Assembly: GCA_900754855.1 (NCBI GenBank)
Contig: CAAEEI010000016.1
Span: 1-43,124 of the forward strand
From: Lachnospiraceae bacterium
Lineage (GTDB): Bacteria; Bacillota; Clostridia; Lachnospirales; Lachnospiraceae
Direction of reading: 5' to 3'
Length of the DNA: 43,124 nt
Below the pieces are notes generated by a model. That model did no database searches, was not told the DNA's origin, and was given only the letters and a program-made list of their open reading frames with translations. The position numbers and the translations under genes were made by a program. Each line of letters begins with the position of its first letter. Within the stretch, counting starts at the first letter, position 1. Of this stretch, positions 8,616-19,572 are shown piece by piece.

Positions 8616-10730
8616 TTATTTCTCTATACCCACACGGGAACTTAATCCCTGATCAAAAGGATGTTTGATTTTTTTTATCTCGGAAACATAATCTGCCAGT
8701 TCCAGCAGTTCCTTGGACGGATTCCTTCCGCTCATGACCACTTCCAGGTGTTCTGGTTTGTTGTGCAAAAATTCCAGAACTTTATCTTCGCTCAATAAGC
8801 TCATGGACATAGCGTAGACAGACTCATCCATTACCAGCATATCATATTCTCCCGCCTGACGGATGAGACATTCAAACAGCAGGTCATTTTCCTCATGAAG
8901 CTGCTGTAATTCTTTTTCATTCATGCGGAAGGTAAATTTATCCATTTTTCTTCCCGGAACAACATTGACCGTAGGAAGATCTTTAATGATTTTCCGCTCG
9001 CTGGAATCATTATCCTTCAGGAACTGATGGAGCAGAATCTTTTTTCCTGCCCCGGCGGCTCTTACGGTCAGTCCCATCACACAGGTGGTCTTTCCCTTTC
9101 CGTCACCGCAATAAAGATGAATCCGCCCTTTGCCAGAATCATCATCCATCAATCCGCCGCAGCCTGGTTTTTCCTCCTGCCGGTCTGCCGACGCTTTTAA
9201 CCGGTCTGTCTGTTGTCTGTCCTCTGTCTGTTGTCCGTTTTGTCCTTCTCCAAATAAATACCCGTATATCTTCTCCATATCCAAATGGCTGCGAATCAGA
9301 TCAGCCAGTTTATTGTACTGAATTTCTTTATACTCTGCGATACTTAAATGGTTTTCTCCCGGTTTAATGCCCTTTTCTTCCATCATGTCGTTAATCAGGG
9401 CAAACACCAGCTGCTCATTATCAAAAATGCCGTGAAGATAACTTCCCCATATACGACCGTCGGCGGTCATATAAGCATCCGTTCTTCCGTCTTCCAGTTC
9501 AATCATCGGCACAGCCCCGCCCAGATTGGTGGTGGCGCCCATATGAATCTCATAGCCCTCTACCGCACGGTTTTTCAGACCATAAAGGTTATGTTCTTCC
9601 CTGATTTCTCCCTGAATCCTTGTTCTGGTTTTTTCCCCCTGGAAAACTGTGGAAATATCCAGAAGGCCAAGACCTCGCATGCTGCCGCCATGCTCAACCC
9701 CGTCCGGATCGTGTAATTCTTTGCCAAGGATCTGAAAACCTCCGCAGATCCCGATGATCCTTGTTTTTGCTGCCGCACGAAGAATTGCCCCCTCCAGACC
9801 GCTTTCTATAAGCCATTCCATATCTGCCATGGTATTTTTGGTTCCCGGCACAAGAATGAGATCCGGATTTCCCAGTTCTTTTTTATCGGTAACATAGCGG
9901 AGAGACACCCCCTCCAGCAGCGAAAAAACACTAAAGTCAGTGAAATTGGAAATATGTGGAAGACGGATCACCGCCACATCGACTGCATCCGTGCATACTT
10001 TCTGATTCAGCCGGTCAGAAAGGCTGTCTTCATCATCCACATCTATTTTTTCCATAGGAAGAACGCCCAGCACCGGTTTTTGCGTCAGATCTTCCAGCAT
10101 CTTCAATCCTGGTTTTAAGATTTCCACATCACCCCGGAATTTATTGATGACAATTCCGCAAAAACGATCCTGCTCCTCCTCCGGTAAAAGTTTGATGGTT
10201 CCGTAGGCCGAAGCAAAAACTCCGCCCCGGTCAATATCCGCCACTAAAATCACCGGCGCATCCGCCATTTTTGCCATCCCCATATTTACAATATCATTTT
10301 CCGCCAGATTGATCTCTGCCGGTGATCCTGCTCCTTCAATGACAATAATATCGTTTTCTTCTGCCAGATGATTAAAAGCCTTCATGACCTCCGGCGCAAG
10401 GTTGTCCTTCATTTTATAATACTGCTGCGCCGACAGGTTATCATAAACCTCTCCGTTTACGATGACCTGCGATCCCATATTGCTGGTTGGTTTTAACAGA
10501 ATCGGATTCATCCAGTGCGTTGGCTCAATCATCGCTGCTTCAGCCTGCATGGCCTGCGCCCGCCCGATTTCCAGTCCTTCTTTGGTAATATAAGAATTTA
10601 ATGCCATGTTCTGTGATTTAAAGGGAGCTACCCGATAACCATCCTGTTTAAATACCCTGCACAATCCGGCAGTGACAAAGGTTTTTCCCGAGTTTGACAT
10701 TGTTCCCTGAACCATAATTGCTTTTGCCAT
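8616..10730 (-). CDS. cbiP: Cobyric acid synthase fused to a C-terminal CobO/BtuR-type corrinoid adenosyltransferase
   Basis: N-terminal ~495 aa: [53 protein letters not shown]-terminal ~170 aa: [26 protein letters not shown]. Confidence 0.93.
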   Translation of the reverse strand: MAKAIMVQGTMSNSGKTFVTAGLCRVFKQDGYRVAPFKSQNMALNSYITKEGLEIGRAQAMQAEAAMIEPTHWMNPILLKPTSNMGSQVIVNGEVYDNLSAQQYYKMKDNLAPEVMKAFNHLAEENDIIVIEGAGSPAEINLAENDIVNMGMAKMADAPVILVADIDRGGVFASAYGTIKLLPEEEQDRFCGIVINKFRGDVEILKPGLKMLEDLTQKPVLGVLPMEKIDVDDEDSLSDRLNQKVCTDAVDVAVIRLPHISNFTDFSVFSLLEGVSLRYVTDKKELGNPDLILVPGTKNTMADMEWLIESGLEGAILRAAAKTRIIGICGGFQILGKELHDPDGVEHGGSMRGLGLLDISTVFQGEKTRTRIQGEIREEHNLYGLKNRAVEGYEIHMGATTNLGGAVPMIELEDGRTDAYMTADGRIWGSYLHGIFDNEQLVFALINDMMEEKGIKPGENHLSIAEYKEIQYNKLADLIRSHLDMEKIYGYLFGEGQNGQQTEDRQQTDRLKASADRQEEKPGCGGLMDDDSGKGRIHLYCGDGKGKTTCVMGLTVRAAGAGKKILLHQFLKDNDSSERKIIKDLPTVNVVPGRKMDKFTFRMNEKELQQLHEENDLLFECLIRQAGEYDMLVMDESVYAMSMSLLSEDKVLEFLHNKPEHLEVVMSGRNPSKELLELADYVSEIKKIKHPFDQGLSSRVGIEK

Positions 10731-10746
10731 GTTTTTTCTCCCTTCA

Positions 10747-11808
10747 CTACAGAACTTTTTTCAGTCCTTCTATCAGTTTTTTATTCTCTTCATGGGATTT
10801 TACCGCCACTCTCCAGTAATCCGTACCCAGGTTAACGTAATTACTGCAGTTTCTGATCATAATCCCGAAGTTCTCCAGACGTTTATCCAGGTCTGAAACT
10901 CCCGGCGCCCGGAAAAACAGATAATTTGCTTTTCCATCATAAACTCTCAATGGCAATTTTTCCAGTTCTTCCTTCATGTAGGACAGTTCCTCCGCCACCA
11001 CATGAATCACTTCTCTTTTATATTCTGTCAATTGCAAAGCCGCGACTCCCGCACATTGTGCAATGTGACTTACAGACCATGCCTGTCCCGCCCGGTTTAC
11101 TTTTTCTATCACCTGTTCTTCTCCGCTGAGAAGATAACCCAGCCGTACCCCCGGTATCGCATACAGTTTGGTAAATGATTTTAATACCATCAGGTTGGAA
11201 TATGTCTCCAGATAAGGAATCACACTGTACTCTTCTTCTTCCTGGCAAATTTCCAGAAAACATTCATCGATCATCACCCGGCACTGTACCTGCTGCGCTC
11301 TTTTTATAATATCCAGAATCTGTGTCCGGCTGGTCAGAAGCCCCGTCGGATTATTGGGATTACAGAGAATGATCAGATCAATATCTTCCGTAATCTGGTC
11401 TTCTATCTTCTGTGGAATCCTCATTTCCTCTCCCATGGGCGCATAGACCATCTCTGCGCCTGCCGCCCGAAGAGCCTCTTCATATTCCACAAATGCAGGT
11501 ACCGGAAGGAGTACTTTGCGAGGTTTTAAACCAAAGGCCAGCCGATATAACAGGTCGGCTCCCCCGTTTCCACAGGCAATATGCGATGGCTGTATCCCAT
11601 GCTGCCCGGCGATTGCCTCTCTTAGGGCTGTACATTCCGGATCGGGATAATTTATCGTCCCATCTAAGGAAGCGATCATCGCTTCTTTTATCGGTGCGGG
11701 GATACCCAACGGACTGATATTGGCTGAAAAATCAAGGATCTGTTCCGTATCGATTCCCAGTTCTTTTGCTTTTTTATAGATATTACCACCATGTGCAGTA
11801 TTTTTCAT
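10747..11808 (-). CDS. cobD: L-threonine-O-3-phosphate decarboxylase (PLP-dependent)
   Basis: [28 protein letters not shown] and [15 protein letters not shown]. Lies in cob context. Confidence 0.9.
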   Translation of the reverse strand: MKNTAHGGNIYKKAKELGIDTEQILDFSANISPLGIPAPIKEAMIASLDGTINYPDPECTALREAIAGQHGIQPSHIACGNGGADLLYRLAFGLKPRKVLLPVPAFVEYEEALRAAGAEMVYAPMGEEMRIPQKIEDQITEDIDLIILCNPNNPTGLLTSRTQILDIIKRAQQVQCRVMIDECFLEICQEEEEYSVIPYLETYSNLMVLKSFTKLYAIPGVRLGYLLSGEEQVIEKVNRAGQAWSVSHIAQCAGVAALQLTEYKREVIHVVAEELSYMKEELEKLPLRVYDGKANYLFFRAPGVSDLDKRLENFGIMIRNCSNYVNLGTDYWRVAVKSHEENKKLIEGLKKVL

Positions 11809-11902
11809 ATTTCCTTATCCTCATTTTTCTTGTTTTCCATACGCCTGCCATCCGGTCACCCCTTTGCTGTAATACCCGATCTGCCAGTGTAAGGCCAGAT
11901 CG

Positions 11903-12928
11903 TCATACAAGAGAAAGCGGATTACCCAGTACGGTAACCAGCAGCCAGGTCAGTCCGCAGCAAAAAATGACCGTAAGCCATGCGCTGACATACAAAAGCT
12001 GGTTCGTTCTTCGGATGTCTTCATAGTCTACCGGACGAATATCATCCCCGATGGTCGGTTTTTCCACCAGCTTACCAAAATAACTGTGGGTTCCTCCCAA
12101 CTGGATATGCAAAGCGCCCGCCGCCACGGCTTCTGTCTGTGCGCTGTTGGGACTTAAATGCGCGAACCTGTCCCGGCGGAAAATCTTTACCGCCCCGGCA
12201 ACATCCATGCGGAGAATGGCGGCGGCCAGCATCATCATCACGGCGGCCAACCGCGCCGGAATAAAGTTACAAAGGTCATCCAGTTTTGCGGAAGCATGCC
12301 CGATATGCAGCAGCTCTTCATTACGATAGGCCACCATGGAATCCAGTGTATTGACCGCCTTGTAGGCGAATCCAAGGGGCGCTCCCCCCAGCGCAATGAA
12401 AAACAGCGGCGCAATCACGCCATCGGCCGTATTTTCTGCTATGGTTTCCACATCGGCTTTTGCCACCTCGCTTTCATCAAGCGACTGCGTATCCCTTCCT
12501 ACCAGATAGGAAATTTCTTTTCTGGCGCCCTGAAGATCTCCTTCCTTGAGACGATAATACACTTTCATCGATTCTGTTTTTAAACTTTTAGTGGCAACGA
12601 TCTGATAAATAAACAGAGTTTCCAGACCAAAACGCAGCCCCGGATGAACCAGTCCCGCCACATACAAAAGACCGGTAACCACCAGAAAAGTACCCAGAAC
12701 AATCACCATCGTCAAAACATATCCGGCAATCAATTCCGCTTTTTCTTTTCTTGGCAGATTTCTTTCTTTTGCTTCCTGCCAGGAACACCCGTAGATCATT
12801 TTCTGCAGCGCCTTTTTCAATTTATCCACAAACCATCCGATAATCTGAACAGGATGGATAATCCCGTGCGGATCGCCCAACACCAAATCCAGACCAAATC
12901 CAAGGAGCATTGCATAAATTACCTTCAT
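11903..12928 (-). CDS. cbiB: Adenosylcobinamide-phosphate synthase
   Basis: LDLVLGDP..HPV, LVGRDT, ETIAENTADGVIAPLF, NTLDSMVAY and SPNSAQTEA. Confidence 0.95.
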   Translation of the reverse strand: MKVIYAMLLGFGLDLVLGDPHGIIHPVQIIGWFVDKLKKALQKMIYGCSWQEAKERNLPRKEKAELIAGYVLTMVIVLGTFLVVTGLLYVAGLVHPGLRFGLETLFIYQIVATKSLKTESMKVYYRLKEGDLQGARKEISYLVGRDTQSLDESEVAKADVETIAENTADGVIAPLFFIALGGAPLGFAYKAVNTLDSMVAYRNEELLHIGHASAKLDDLCNFIPARLAAVMMMLAAAILRMDVAGAVKIFRRDRFAHLSPNSAQTEAVAAGALHIQLGGTHSYFGKLVEKPTIGDDIRPVDYEDIRRTNQLLYVSAWLTVIFCCGLTWLLVTVLGNPLSLV

Positions 12929-14322
12929 CTTTTTTCCTCCTCTGCCGCTGCAAGCCGGACAAATCTCCGGGCAACTTCCCGGCAGTTATGAAAATAAAGA
13001 TGGGGATAACCCGCCATCACATTTCCTTCCACATATACGCCTGACCATGTCCGTCCGGTTGATTTTTCCATCCGGCAGACCTCTCCCCGCATCCCGGCCT
13101 TTGAATAATGAAACTCATGGGCGCGTATCCGAGTTCCCCGATCAAAAAACGGGGTATCTTTTAAAGCCTGCATAGTCACATAACCAAAATCCATGGACAA
13201 TCGTTTCGTCATCTGCACATCGGTCGGCACCAGACCCAACATCGAGTATCTGCTTCCATCCGTATCGACAAGTTCCTGACAGGCATACATAAAGCCTCCA
13301 CACTCTGCAATCACCGGCACTCCTTTGCTCACCGCTTCCTGCACCGAACGTTTCATGGTCACATTTTCTGCCAGTTCTTTTTCATAGGTTTCCGGATACC
13401 CGCCTCCCAGATAAATTCCCGCTGTATTTTCCGGCAATTCTTTATCTTTCATTGGACTGAACCACACAAGTTCTGCCCCTTCCTGACGGAGAATATCCAG
13501 ATTTTCCGCATAGTAAAAACAAAACGCCCTGTCCCATGCCACGGCAATACGCGGACGTGATTTTCCCGGCAGTAAGTTATGTTCTGTGCTCTCCTGATTC
13601 TTTTCCTCCTCCGGCAACGGCAAAGCCTTTGCCTGTTGTCCGATTTGTAAAAGGAGATCCAGAGCAATGGATTCTTCCGCCAGTTTTCCCAGCAGAGTAA
13701 TCACTTCATCCAGATTCTGAATCTCCGCGGCGGTCATCAGACCCAGATGGCGGCTTCCGATATGTACTTCCGCATTTTCAGGAAAATATCCCACCACATG
13801 GATATGCAGCGCTTTTTCGATTTCCGGCTTCATCATCTGATATAAACCTTTGGAACAACGATTTAAAATCACTCCCTGTATCGGATTTTCTTTATATTCC
13901 ATCAACCCCCGCAGCAGCGGAATCATGGTATGCGACATTCCTTTCACATTAAGAATAAGAATGGTTGGCGTTTCCGTTGCCGCCGATACCGTATGGGTAC
14001 TTTTTTCACTGCTTATACCTATGCCGTCATAATAACCCATTACCCCTTCTGCCACAGAAAACTCTGCCCGAAGACTGTCTTTGGCCATCAGCCTGCGCAA
14101 CTCTTCTTCTGTCGAAAAAAAAGGATCCAGATTCCGGCACGGCCTGCCGGTAATGTGGCTGTGCAGCATGGGATCAATATAATCCGGCCCACATTTATAG
14201 GATTGGATCTGTATGCCTCTATCTGTCAATGCCTTGAGAATCCCACAGGTAACGCTTGTTTTTCCACAGCCACTGTTGGCTCCTGCCAACAGGATTCTCG
14301 GCATATTTTTCTTTTCCTTCAT
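12925..14322 (-). CDS. cbiA: Cobyrinate a,c-diamide synthase
   Basis: SGCGKT, KCGPDYIDP, EGVMGYYDG, SRHLGL, AECGGFMY and HEFHYS. Confidence 0.95.
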   Translation of the reverse strand: MKEKKNMPRILLAGANSGCGKTSVTCGILKALTDRGIQIQSYKCGPDYIDPMLHSHITGRPCRNLDPFFSTEEELRRLMAKDSLRAEFSVAEGVMGYYDGIGISSEKSTHTVSAATETPTILILNVKGMSHTMIPLLRGLMEYKENPIQGVILNRCSKGLYQMMKPEIEKALHIHVVGYFPENAEVHIGSRHLGLMTAAEIQNLDEVITLLGKLAEESIALDLLLQIGQQAKALPLPEEEKNQESTEHNLLPGKSRPRIAVAWDRAFCFYYAENLDILRQEGAELVWFSPMKDKELPENTAGIYLGGGYPETYEKELAENVTMKRSVQEAVSKGVPVIAECGGFMYACQELVDTDGSRYSMLGLVPTDVQMTKRLSMDFGYVTMQALKDTPFFDRGTRIRAHEFHYSKAGMRGEVCRMEKSTGRTWSGVYVEGNVMAGYPHLYFHNCREVARRFVRLAAAEEEKR

Positions 14323-14335
14323 GTTTAAACTTCCT

Positions 14336-15040
14336 TTACACCGGCCGCCGAATCAGGATAAAATCTATCCCTGCCTGACGACAGGCTTCCACTTTAATAT
14401 CTACACCGCCGCTCTTTCCGCTATCTTTGGAAACCATCATCTGCGCATTGGTCTCCCGGATCAGCCGCAGATTATCTTCCACCGTAAACGGCGGCATCTC
14501 CCCAAAAACATGCTCCGCCGGATAACCGGCTTTTGCGCAGCCTTCATAAGACGAGGCATTATCCAGCACCCGGATAAAGAGACGTTCTTTCGCCCCTTTT
14601 ACTCCGGCCATGTACTCTCCGGCCGTATTCACGCCTGTCGTGAGCAATATATTTCCGGCCATGGCATTGAGAAGACCGATCGCCTCTGTGGTATCCTTCA
14701 CTGAATGTAAGCGGTCATAGGCATACTGCATACCTGCCCGCTCATACCGTTCATAAGGAATATTTTCTCTGGCTGCTGCCCGACGAACAGTTTCCGTCAC
14801 GATTCTGGCAAACGGATGAGAAGCGTCCACGATTTTTTTACAGGGATTTTCCCGGAAAAGGCGGACAAATCCATCCTCATCCAGCCTTCCCACATGAACG
14901 TCTATGGCATATTCTTCCAACATTTCTGCTCCCAGTTCCGTGGCAGTGCAGGCCAGTATTTTTTTCTTTTCTTCCAATTGCCGGGAAATCACCTCTCTTG
15001 ATTCGGATGTCCCGGCAATTACGATTACATCATACTTCAT
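14336..15040 (-). CDS. cbiJ: Cobalt-precorrin-6A reductase
   Basis: AGTSESR, VDASHPFA, SKDSGKSGG..K and LIRRP. Confidence 0.93.
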   Translation of the reverse strand: MKYDVIVIAGTSESREVISRQLEEKKKILACTATELGAEMLEEYAIDVHVGRLDEDGFVRLFRENPCKKIVDASHPFARIVTETVRRAAARENIPYERYERAGMQYAYDRLHSVKDTTEAIGLLNAMAGNILLTTGVNTAGEYMAGVKGAKERLFIRVLDNASSYEGCAKAGYPAEHVFGEMPPFTVEDNLRLIRETNAQMMVSKDSGKSGGVDIKVEACRQAGIDFILIRRPV

Positions 15041-15081
15041 GATTTATTCTGTCTGACTTTCTTCTTTTCCACGGCAGCGTT

Positions 15082-15777
15082 TTACATTTCTGCCTTAATG
15101 ATCAATGTGGTAAAGTAGCCGTACTCCCGGTCTCTTAACAGCGGTCCTACGTACTCTCCCTCCATGCCGACGTTACTGATCACAATGGCATGATCTTCCT
15201 TTCCTCTGGCCGCCAGAAGATCATAAACTTCCGGAATATGGCTGCCCACCTTCATGATAACCAGATTATCAAAAATATCCATGGCTTTTTCCACCTGATC
15301 CATTCCTTTTAAGGAAGGAATCACACCAAAACCTTCATTTCCTTCCACAATAGAAATATTGGCTTTGCTGGCGCCGGCACAAAAAGAAGGAATACCGGAA
15401 ATCATTTGTACCTCATACCCTGCTTTGATGAGGCGTTTATGTACATAAGAATAGGTACTGTAAATCCCCACATCGCCCAACACTGGCATGGCTACCGTTT
15501 TTCCTTCATCCAGATAACCCTGAATCTCTTCTGCCGCAGCCTGACGGCAGGCCTCTCTTTTTTCTTTATCCTTATTCATGGTAAAAAGAATCCTGACTAC
15601 TTTTTCCTCTGGCACTTCTGCCGCACCTCTGGCAATCTCCAGGGCAACGCTGTCCTCTCCTTCTTTTTTTACCGGTACAACGACCAGATCACTTTCTTCG
15701 ATCAGTCTTTTTGCTTTTAAGGTCAACAGTTCCGGATCCCCCGGCCCTACGCCAATTCCATATAATTTTCCTCTCAC
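15082..15777 (-). CDS. cbiL: Cobalt-precorrin-2 C20-methyltransferase
   Basis: GKLYGIGVGPGDPELLTLKA, LGDVGIYSTY, SGIPSF and YFTTLI. GTG start at 15777 follows GGGAGG; the longer ORF-track start overlaps cbiK. Confidence 0.9.
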   Translation of the reverse strand: MRGKLYGIGVGPGDPELLTLKAKRLIEESDLVVVPVKKEGEDSVALEIARGAAEVPEEKVVRILFTMNKDKEKREACRQAAAEEIQGYLDEGKTVAMPVLGDVGIYSTYSYVHKRLIKAGYEVQMISGIPSFCAGASKANISIVEGNEGFGVIPSLKGMDQVEKAMDIFDNLVIMKVGSHIPEVYDLLAARGKEDHAIVISNVGMEGEYVGPLLRDREYGYFTTLIIKAEM

Positions 15778-15796
15778 AGCCTGTTCCTCCCTGTCG

Positions 15797-16582
15797 TCAA
15801 TTTTCTTTCTGCGCTGCCCGCAAATGTTCCACGAATAATTCTGCCACAGCGTCAATTTCTCCCATACCTTTCAGCAGGATCTCCGTTTCAAAACCCTCTG
15901 CCTTCAGCACAGAATCCCAGGAATCCTCATCGCTTCCGGCCAGATCGTTTCTGGCATGATCTCCTGCGACAACCATCAATGGCATCAGGTATACTTTTTT
16001 AATTTCTCTTAGTTTTAACCGGCGAATTACATAATCCAGACCCGGAAATCCTTCCACCGTACCCACATAGGTATTTTCGTAACCAAGATCCCGAAGCATA
16101 TTTTCAAACTGACAATAAGCGCTGTTGGAATGATGTTCCGAACCATGTCCCATAAGAACAAATGCTTCGTTTTCCTTTAACGGCGCATGTAATTCATCCA
16201 TCATAATCTGGCAGGTTTTTTTATAATCATCCTCTTCGGTCAGTAACGGTCTTCCCACGTGAATAGTCGGAATCTTCGCCTGATACGGCTCCAGCATACG
16301 GATCATTTTTTCATATTCACTGCCATTGATAATATGGGTAGGCTGGCAAAGCACCTCTTCATATCCTTCCGCCGCCAGTTTTTCCATTACTTCTTCCGGG
16401 CTGTCGATCATCAGATTTTTCGTCCGTTTTAATTTACGGATAATCATTCCAGAAGTATACGCCCGATAAAAATCATAATCTGGAAAAGCCTTTTTACAGG
16501 TTTCTTCAATATTAATAATTGCCGGAACAGCTTCATCAAAGCTGGTTCCGAAACTGACAACAACCAGTGCCTTTTTGCTCAT
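15797..16582 (-). CDS. cbiK: Sirohydrochlorin cobaltochelatase (anaerobic pathway)
   Basis: VSFGTS, QPTHIINGSEY, LMGHGS, GTVEGFP and VAGDHARND. Confidence 0.95.
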   Translation of the reverse strand: MSKKALVVVSFGTSFDEAVPAIINIEETCKKAFPDYDFYRAYTSGMIIRKLKRTKNLMIDSPEEVMEKLAAEGYEEVLCQPTHIINGSEYEKMIRMLEPYQAKIPTIHVGRPLLTEEDDYKKTCQIMMDELHAPLKENEAFVLMGHGSEHHSNSAYCQFENMLRDLGYENTYVGTVEGFPGLDYVIRRLKLREIKKVYLMPLMVVAGDHARNDLAGSDEDSWDSVLKAEGFETEILLKGMGEIDAVAELFVEHLRAAQKEN

Positions 16583-16612
16583 AAATTTTATCTCCTCTAT
16601 CTATACCTCTAT

Positions 16613-17839
16613 CTATATCTCTGCAGTAAAAAGCATCACCGGATTATTGGTATCCATAATATGATAACTGCCTATTTTCCTTCCTCTTCCTATGGTGGCC
16701 TGTATCACATCATATGTTTCATCGTATCTGCCCAAAATTTCTCCTGCTTCTGCTATGGTTTCCAGCGTAACGGCCGCTATACATACCCGAATCTTCCGGT
16801 CAAATCCGGCGATCAAAGCAAGGATTTCATCCAGTTTTCCTCCGCTGCCGCCAATAAATACCCGGTCGGGCACCGGCAATCCGGCGATCTGTTCCACTGC
16901 GTCTCCATGATAAACCGTCAGGTTATCTGCGGCAAACTTCTCCCGGTTTTTCTTAATCAATGCCACTGCGTCCCCGTCTCTTTCTACGCTGTGTACCTGT
17001 CCGAAAGGAACCTGTCTGGCACATTCGATGGAAACAGAACCGGTTCCCGCTCCGATGTCCCATACAACATGTTCCGGATGCAGTTTCATTTTATGAAGAA
17101 TCAATACCCGGATTTCTTCCTTGGTCATCGGTGTTTTTCCCCGTTCAAAGTCCTCGTCTGATAAAAAACATGGCCGGGTAATTTTCTTTGGGTGGGGATT
17201 TTTAATCATAGCCACACAGAGAGAAGGAAATTCTTTTCCGACCATCTGCTCCGGTGAACCAGACAGTAATTCCTGATTTTCATAAGAAAGATAAGCCCCG
17301 GAAAAAACCTCCACGTCCTCCAGATGATAATCCAGCATAATCCGACTGAGCCACGCAGGCCCCTGCTCTTTGCTGCAAAGAAAAAACACTTTGGGATTTT
17401 CCGTAACCATGAGCGCAATGGCGCCCGGAGAATGGCTTCTTCCATGTACACTCATGAGGCGGGCGTCTTCCATGGTTTCTCCTAAAGCCGCCCCCAGCAT
17501 CTGCATAGAACCGATGCCCGGAATCACTTCCATTTTCCAGTTTTCTGAAATCTCATCCTTTAAAATGGTTTTATACAGACTGTATAATAAAGGATCGCCG
17601 CTGACCACCAGCGCTACCGCTTTATTTTCTTTTAATAAGGTATCTATTTTGATAAAGGTATCTTTAATTTTACCCATCGGGCAAAAGTTTGCTTCTGTAT
17701 CTCCACATACGTTCTGAAGCATGGGAAGTATTCTCCCGGCAGCAATTACCGTATGTGCATTCCGCATACGTTCTCTGGCTGCCGGCATAAAGTATCCCTC
17801 GCTGCCCGGGCCGATCCCTATTATTGTCAAAAGATTCAT
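16613..17839 (-). CDS. cbiET: Bifunctional cobalt-precorrin-7/6B methyltransferase (CbiE-CbiT)
   Basis: IIGIGPG, SGDPLLYS and SVHGR, then PMTKEEIR, WDIGAGTGSVSIE and FIGGSGG. Confidence 0.92.
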   Translation of the reverse strand: MNLLTIIGIGPGSEGYFMPAARERMRNAHTVIAAGRILPMLQNVCGDTEANFCPMGKIKDTFIKIDTLLKENKAVALVVSGDPLLYSLYKTILKDEISENWKMEVIPGIGSMQMLGAALGETMEDARLMSVHGRSHSPGAIALMVTENPKVFFLCSKEQGPAWLSRIMLDYHLEDVEVFSGAYLSYENQELLSGSPEQMVGKEFPSLCVAMIKNPHPKKITRPCFLSDEDFERGKTPMTKEEIRVLILHKMKLHPEHVVWDIGAGTGSVSIECARQVPFGQVHSVERDGDAVALIKKNREKFAADNLTVYHGDAVEQIAGLPVPDRVFIGGSGGKLDEILALIAGFDRKIRVCIAAVTLETIAEAGEILGRYDETYDVIQATIGRGRKIGSYHIMDTNNPVMLFTAEI

Positions 17840-18924
17840 TTTTCTTTCCTCCTGACCTGTTCCAGCACTTTCCCGGCATTACTGCTTTCGGCAAGGATAT
17901 GGTTATCCCCATCCAGAAAAACAATTCCTACATCTGCCATTTCATGTGCTGTTTTGCGACAATACAACGAGGCTTTCTGGGCCATGTCTCCCCAGATACC
18001 CATAAGACGCTCTTCCTCTATGATTTTCATGGCCGCCTTTGTGGTCACACACTGATAGAGTTTACGAATGATTTCTGTGGAGGCGCCGTGTAAAGCCGCA
18101 TGCGTACAAATGGTTTCTATTCTTCCATCCGCCACATGGCTGTGGGTATTCATTGTTCCCGAAGCCACCTTAACCAGCTTGCCGACAAAACCTCCAATTA
18201 AAATATTGGTAAATCCTCTCTCCACAGCCTCCTCAATCATAAATCCGATATAATTACTGACCTGCAGCACACAGGTAAACGCGCCATACTCTGCCTTCAA
18301 GGCATTTTCTCCGGTGGTTCCCAGAACAAAAACAATGGAACGATGACCCTGTCTGGCATACATATCCAGTTCCACCAGCAGAGAATCTTTCATGGCTTCT
18401 TCGCTCATGGGACGAACGATGCCCGTCGTGCCCAGAATAGATAAACCGCCCTGAATTCCCAGTCGTGGATTAAATGTTTTTTTGGCCAGTTCGCCGCCTC
18501 CCGGAACCGACACAGTGACTCTGGCCGCCTGCGGCCCGATAATCTCCCGCAAAGCCTTAACCGTCATTGCTCTGGGTACCGGATTGATGGCATATTCTCC
18601 CACAGGAAGTTTTAATCCCTCTTCCGTAATCACACCGACGCCTTCTCCGCCGACAAAGGTAATTTCTCCCTCTTCAGGCAAAAGTTCCACCTGTGTTACA
18701 ATTTCGCTTTTATCCGTTACATCCGGATCGTCTCCGGCGTCTTTAATCACGGAACATACTCCCATCGCCCCGGGAATCACATCCAGATACAACGTTTTTC
18801 CAATAGGTGTCTCCACTTTGACCACATCCGGACATTTTCCCGTGGTCAGCCAGATTGCCGCTGCCGCTGCTCCGCCCGTCATGCAGGAACCGGTGGATAC
18901 GCCTTCTCTTAATCTTTTTTTCAT
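17836..18924 (-). CDS. cbiD: Cobalt-precorrin-5B C1-methyltransferase
   Basis: LREGVSTGSC, KDAGDDPDVT, AINPVPR and TFNPRLGIQGGLSILGTTGIVRPMS. Confidence 0.96.
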   Translation of the reverse strand: MKKRLREGVSTGSCMTGGAAAAAIWLTTGKCPDVVKVETPIGKTLYLDVIPGAMGVCSVIKDAGDDPDVTDKSEIVTQVELLPEEGEITFVGGEGVGVITEEGLKLPVGEYAINPVPRAMTVKALREIIGPQAARVTVSVPGGGELAKKTFNPRLGIQGGLSILGTTGIVRPMSEEAMKDSLLVELDMYARQGHRSIVFVLGTTGENALKAEYGAFTCVLQVSNYIGFMIEEAVERGFTNILIGGFVGKLVKVASGTMNTHSHVADGRIETICTHAALHGASTEIIRKLYQCVTTKAAMKIIEEERLMGIWGDMAQKASLYCRKTAHEMADVGIVFLDGDNHILAESSNAGKVLEQVRRKEK

Positions 18925-19547
18925 AACTGGTACAGCATAGCGTTACAAATCGTTGCTGCAATATTACTTCCGCCTTTTCGTCCTTTTGGAACGATATACG
19001 GCACGTCTGTTTCCATGATCAGTTCTTTGGACTCCACTACATTCACAAAACCAACCGGGGCGCCGATGATCAGCGCAGGTCTGATCTGTCCCTCTTTAAT
19101 CATCTCATACAGACGGATCAGGGCCGTTGGCGCATTTCCTATGGCAAAAATCACTTCTCCGGAAAGCGCTGCGCCCCGCTCCATACAGATGGCTGCTCTG
19201 GTGCATCCGCGTTTTTTTGCCTCTGCCGCCACATCTTCGTCAGCCATAAAGCAGTGCGCCTCTCCACCGAAGGACGCCAGTTTCTTTTTATTGATTCCTG
19301 ACCATGCCATTCTTGTATCGGTAACGATATGCGCCCCTCTTCGCAGCGCTTCCACACCGATTTTCGCCGCATCTTCAGAAAAACAAAGATTATCTGCATA
19401 ATCAAAATCCGCTGAAGTATGGATACATCTTTTCACAATACTGAATTCCGGTTCCGGCCAGGTTCTTCCATTCAGTTCGCTGGTAATAATCTCCATACTC
19501 TTTTTTTCGATGTCCTCCGGTTTTACAATTGCAATTTTATCTAACAT
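18921..19547 (-). CDS. cbiC: Cobalt-precorrin-8 methylmutase
   Basis: IEKKSMEII, RCIHTSADF, GNAPTAL, PVGFVNVVESK and GRKGGS. Start at ATG 19547 after AAGGAG. Confidence 0.95.
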   Translation of the reverse strand: MLDKIAIVKPEDIEKKSMEIITSELNGRTWPEPEFSIVKRCIHTSADFDYADNLCFSEDAAKIGVEALRRGAHIVTDTRMAWSGINKKKLASFGGEAHCFMADEDVAAEAKKRGCTRAAICMERGAALSGEVIFAIGNAPTALIRLYEMIKEGQIRPALIIGAPVGFVNVVESKELIMETDVPYIVPKGRKGGSNIAATICNAMLYQL

Positions 19548-19572
19548 TTTTTCTCCTTTTTCAGACGAAACT

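Noticed and set aside
11877..11902. Hairpin CGATCTG..CAGATCG between cbiB and cobD as a terminator or regulatory RNA
   Set aside because: Short, with no U-tract on the minus strand. At most an mRNA-stability element.
15778..15855. ORF-track N-terminal extensions (cbiL here; likewise cbiC to 19661, adhesin to 40341, pilin to 36638, ltaS to 1971)
   Set aside because: They overlap upstream genes or lack an SD. Downstream starts have well-spaced SDs and match family N-termini.
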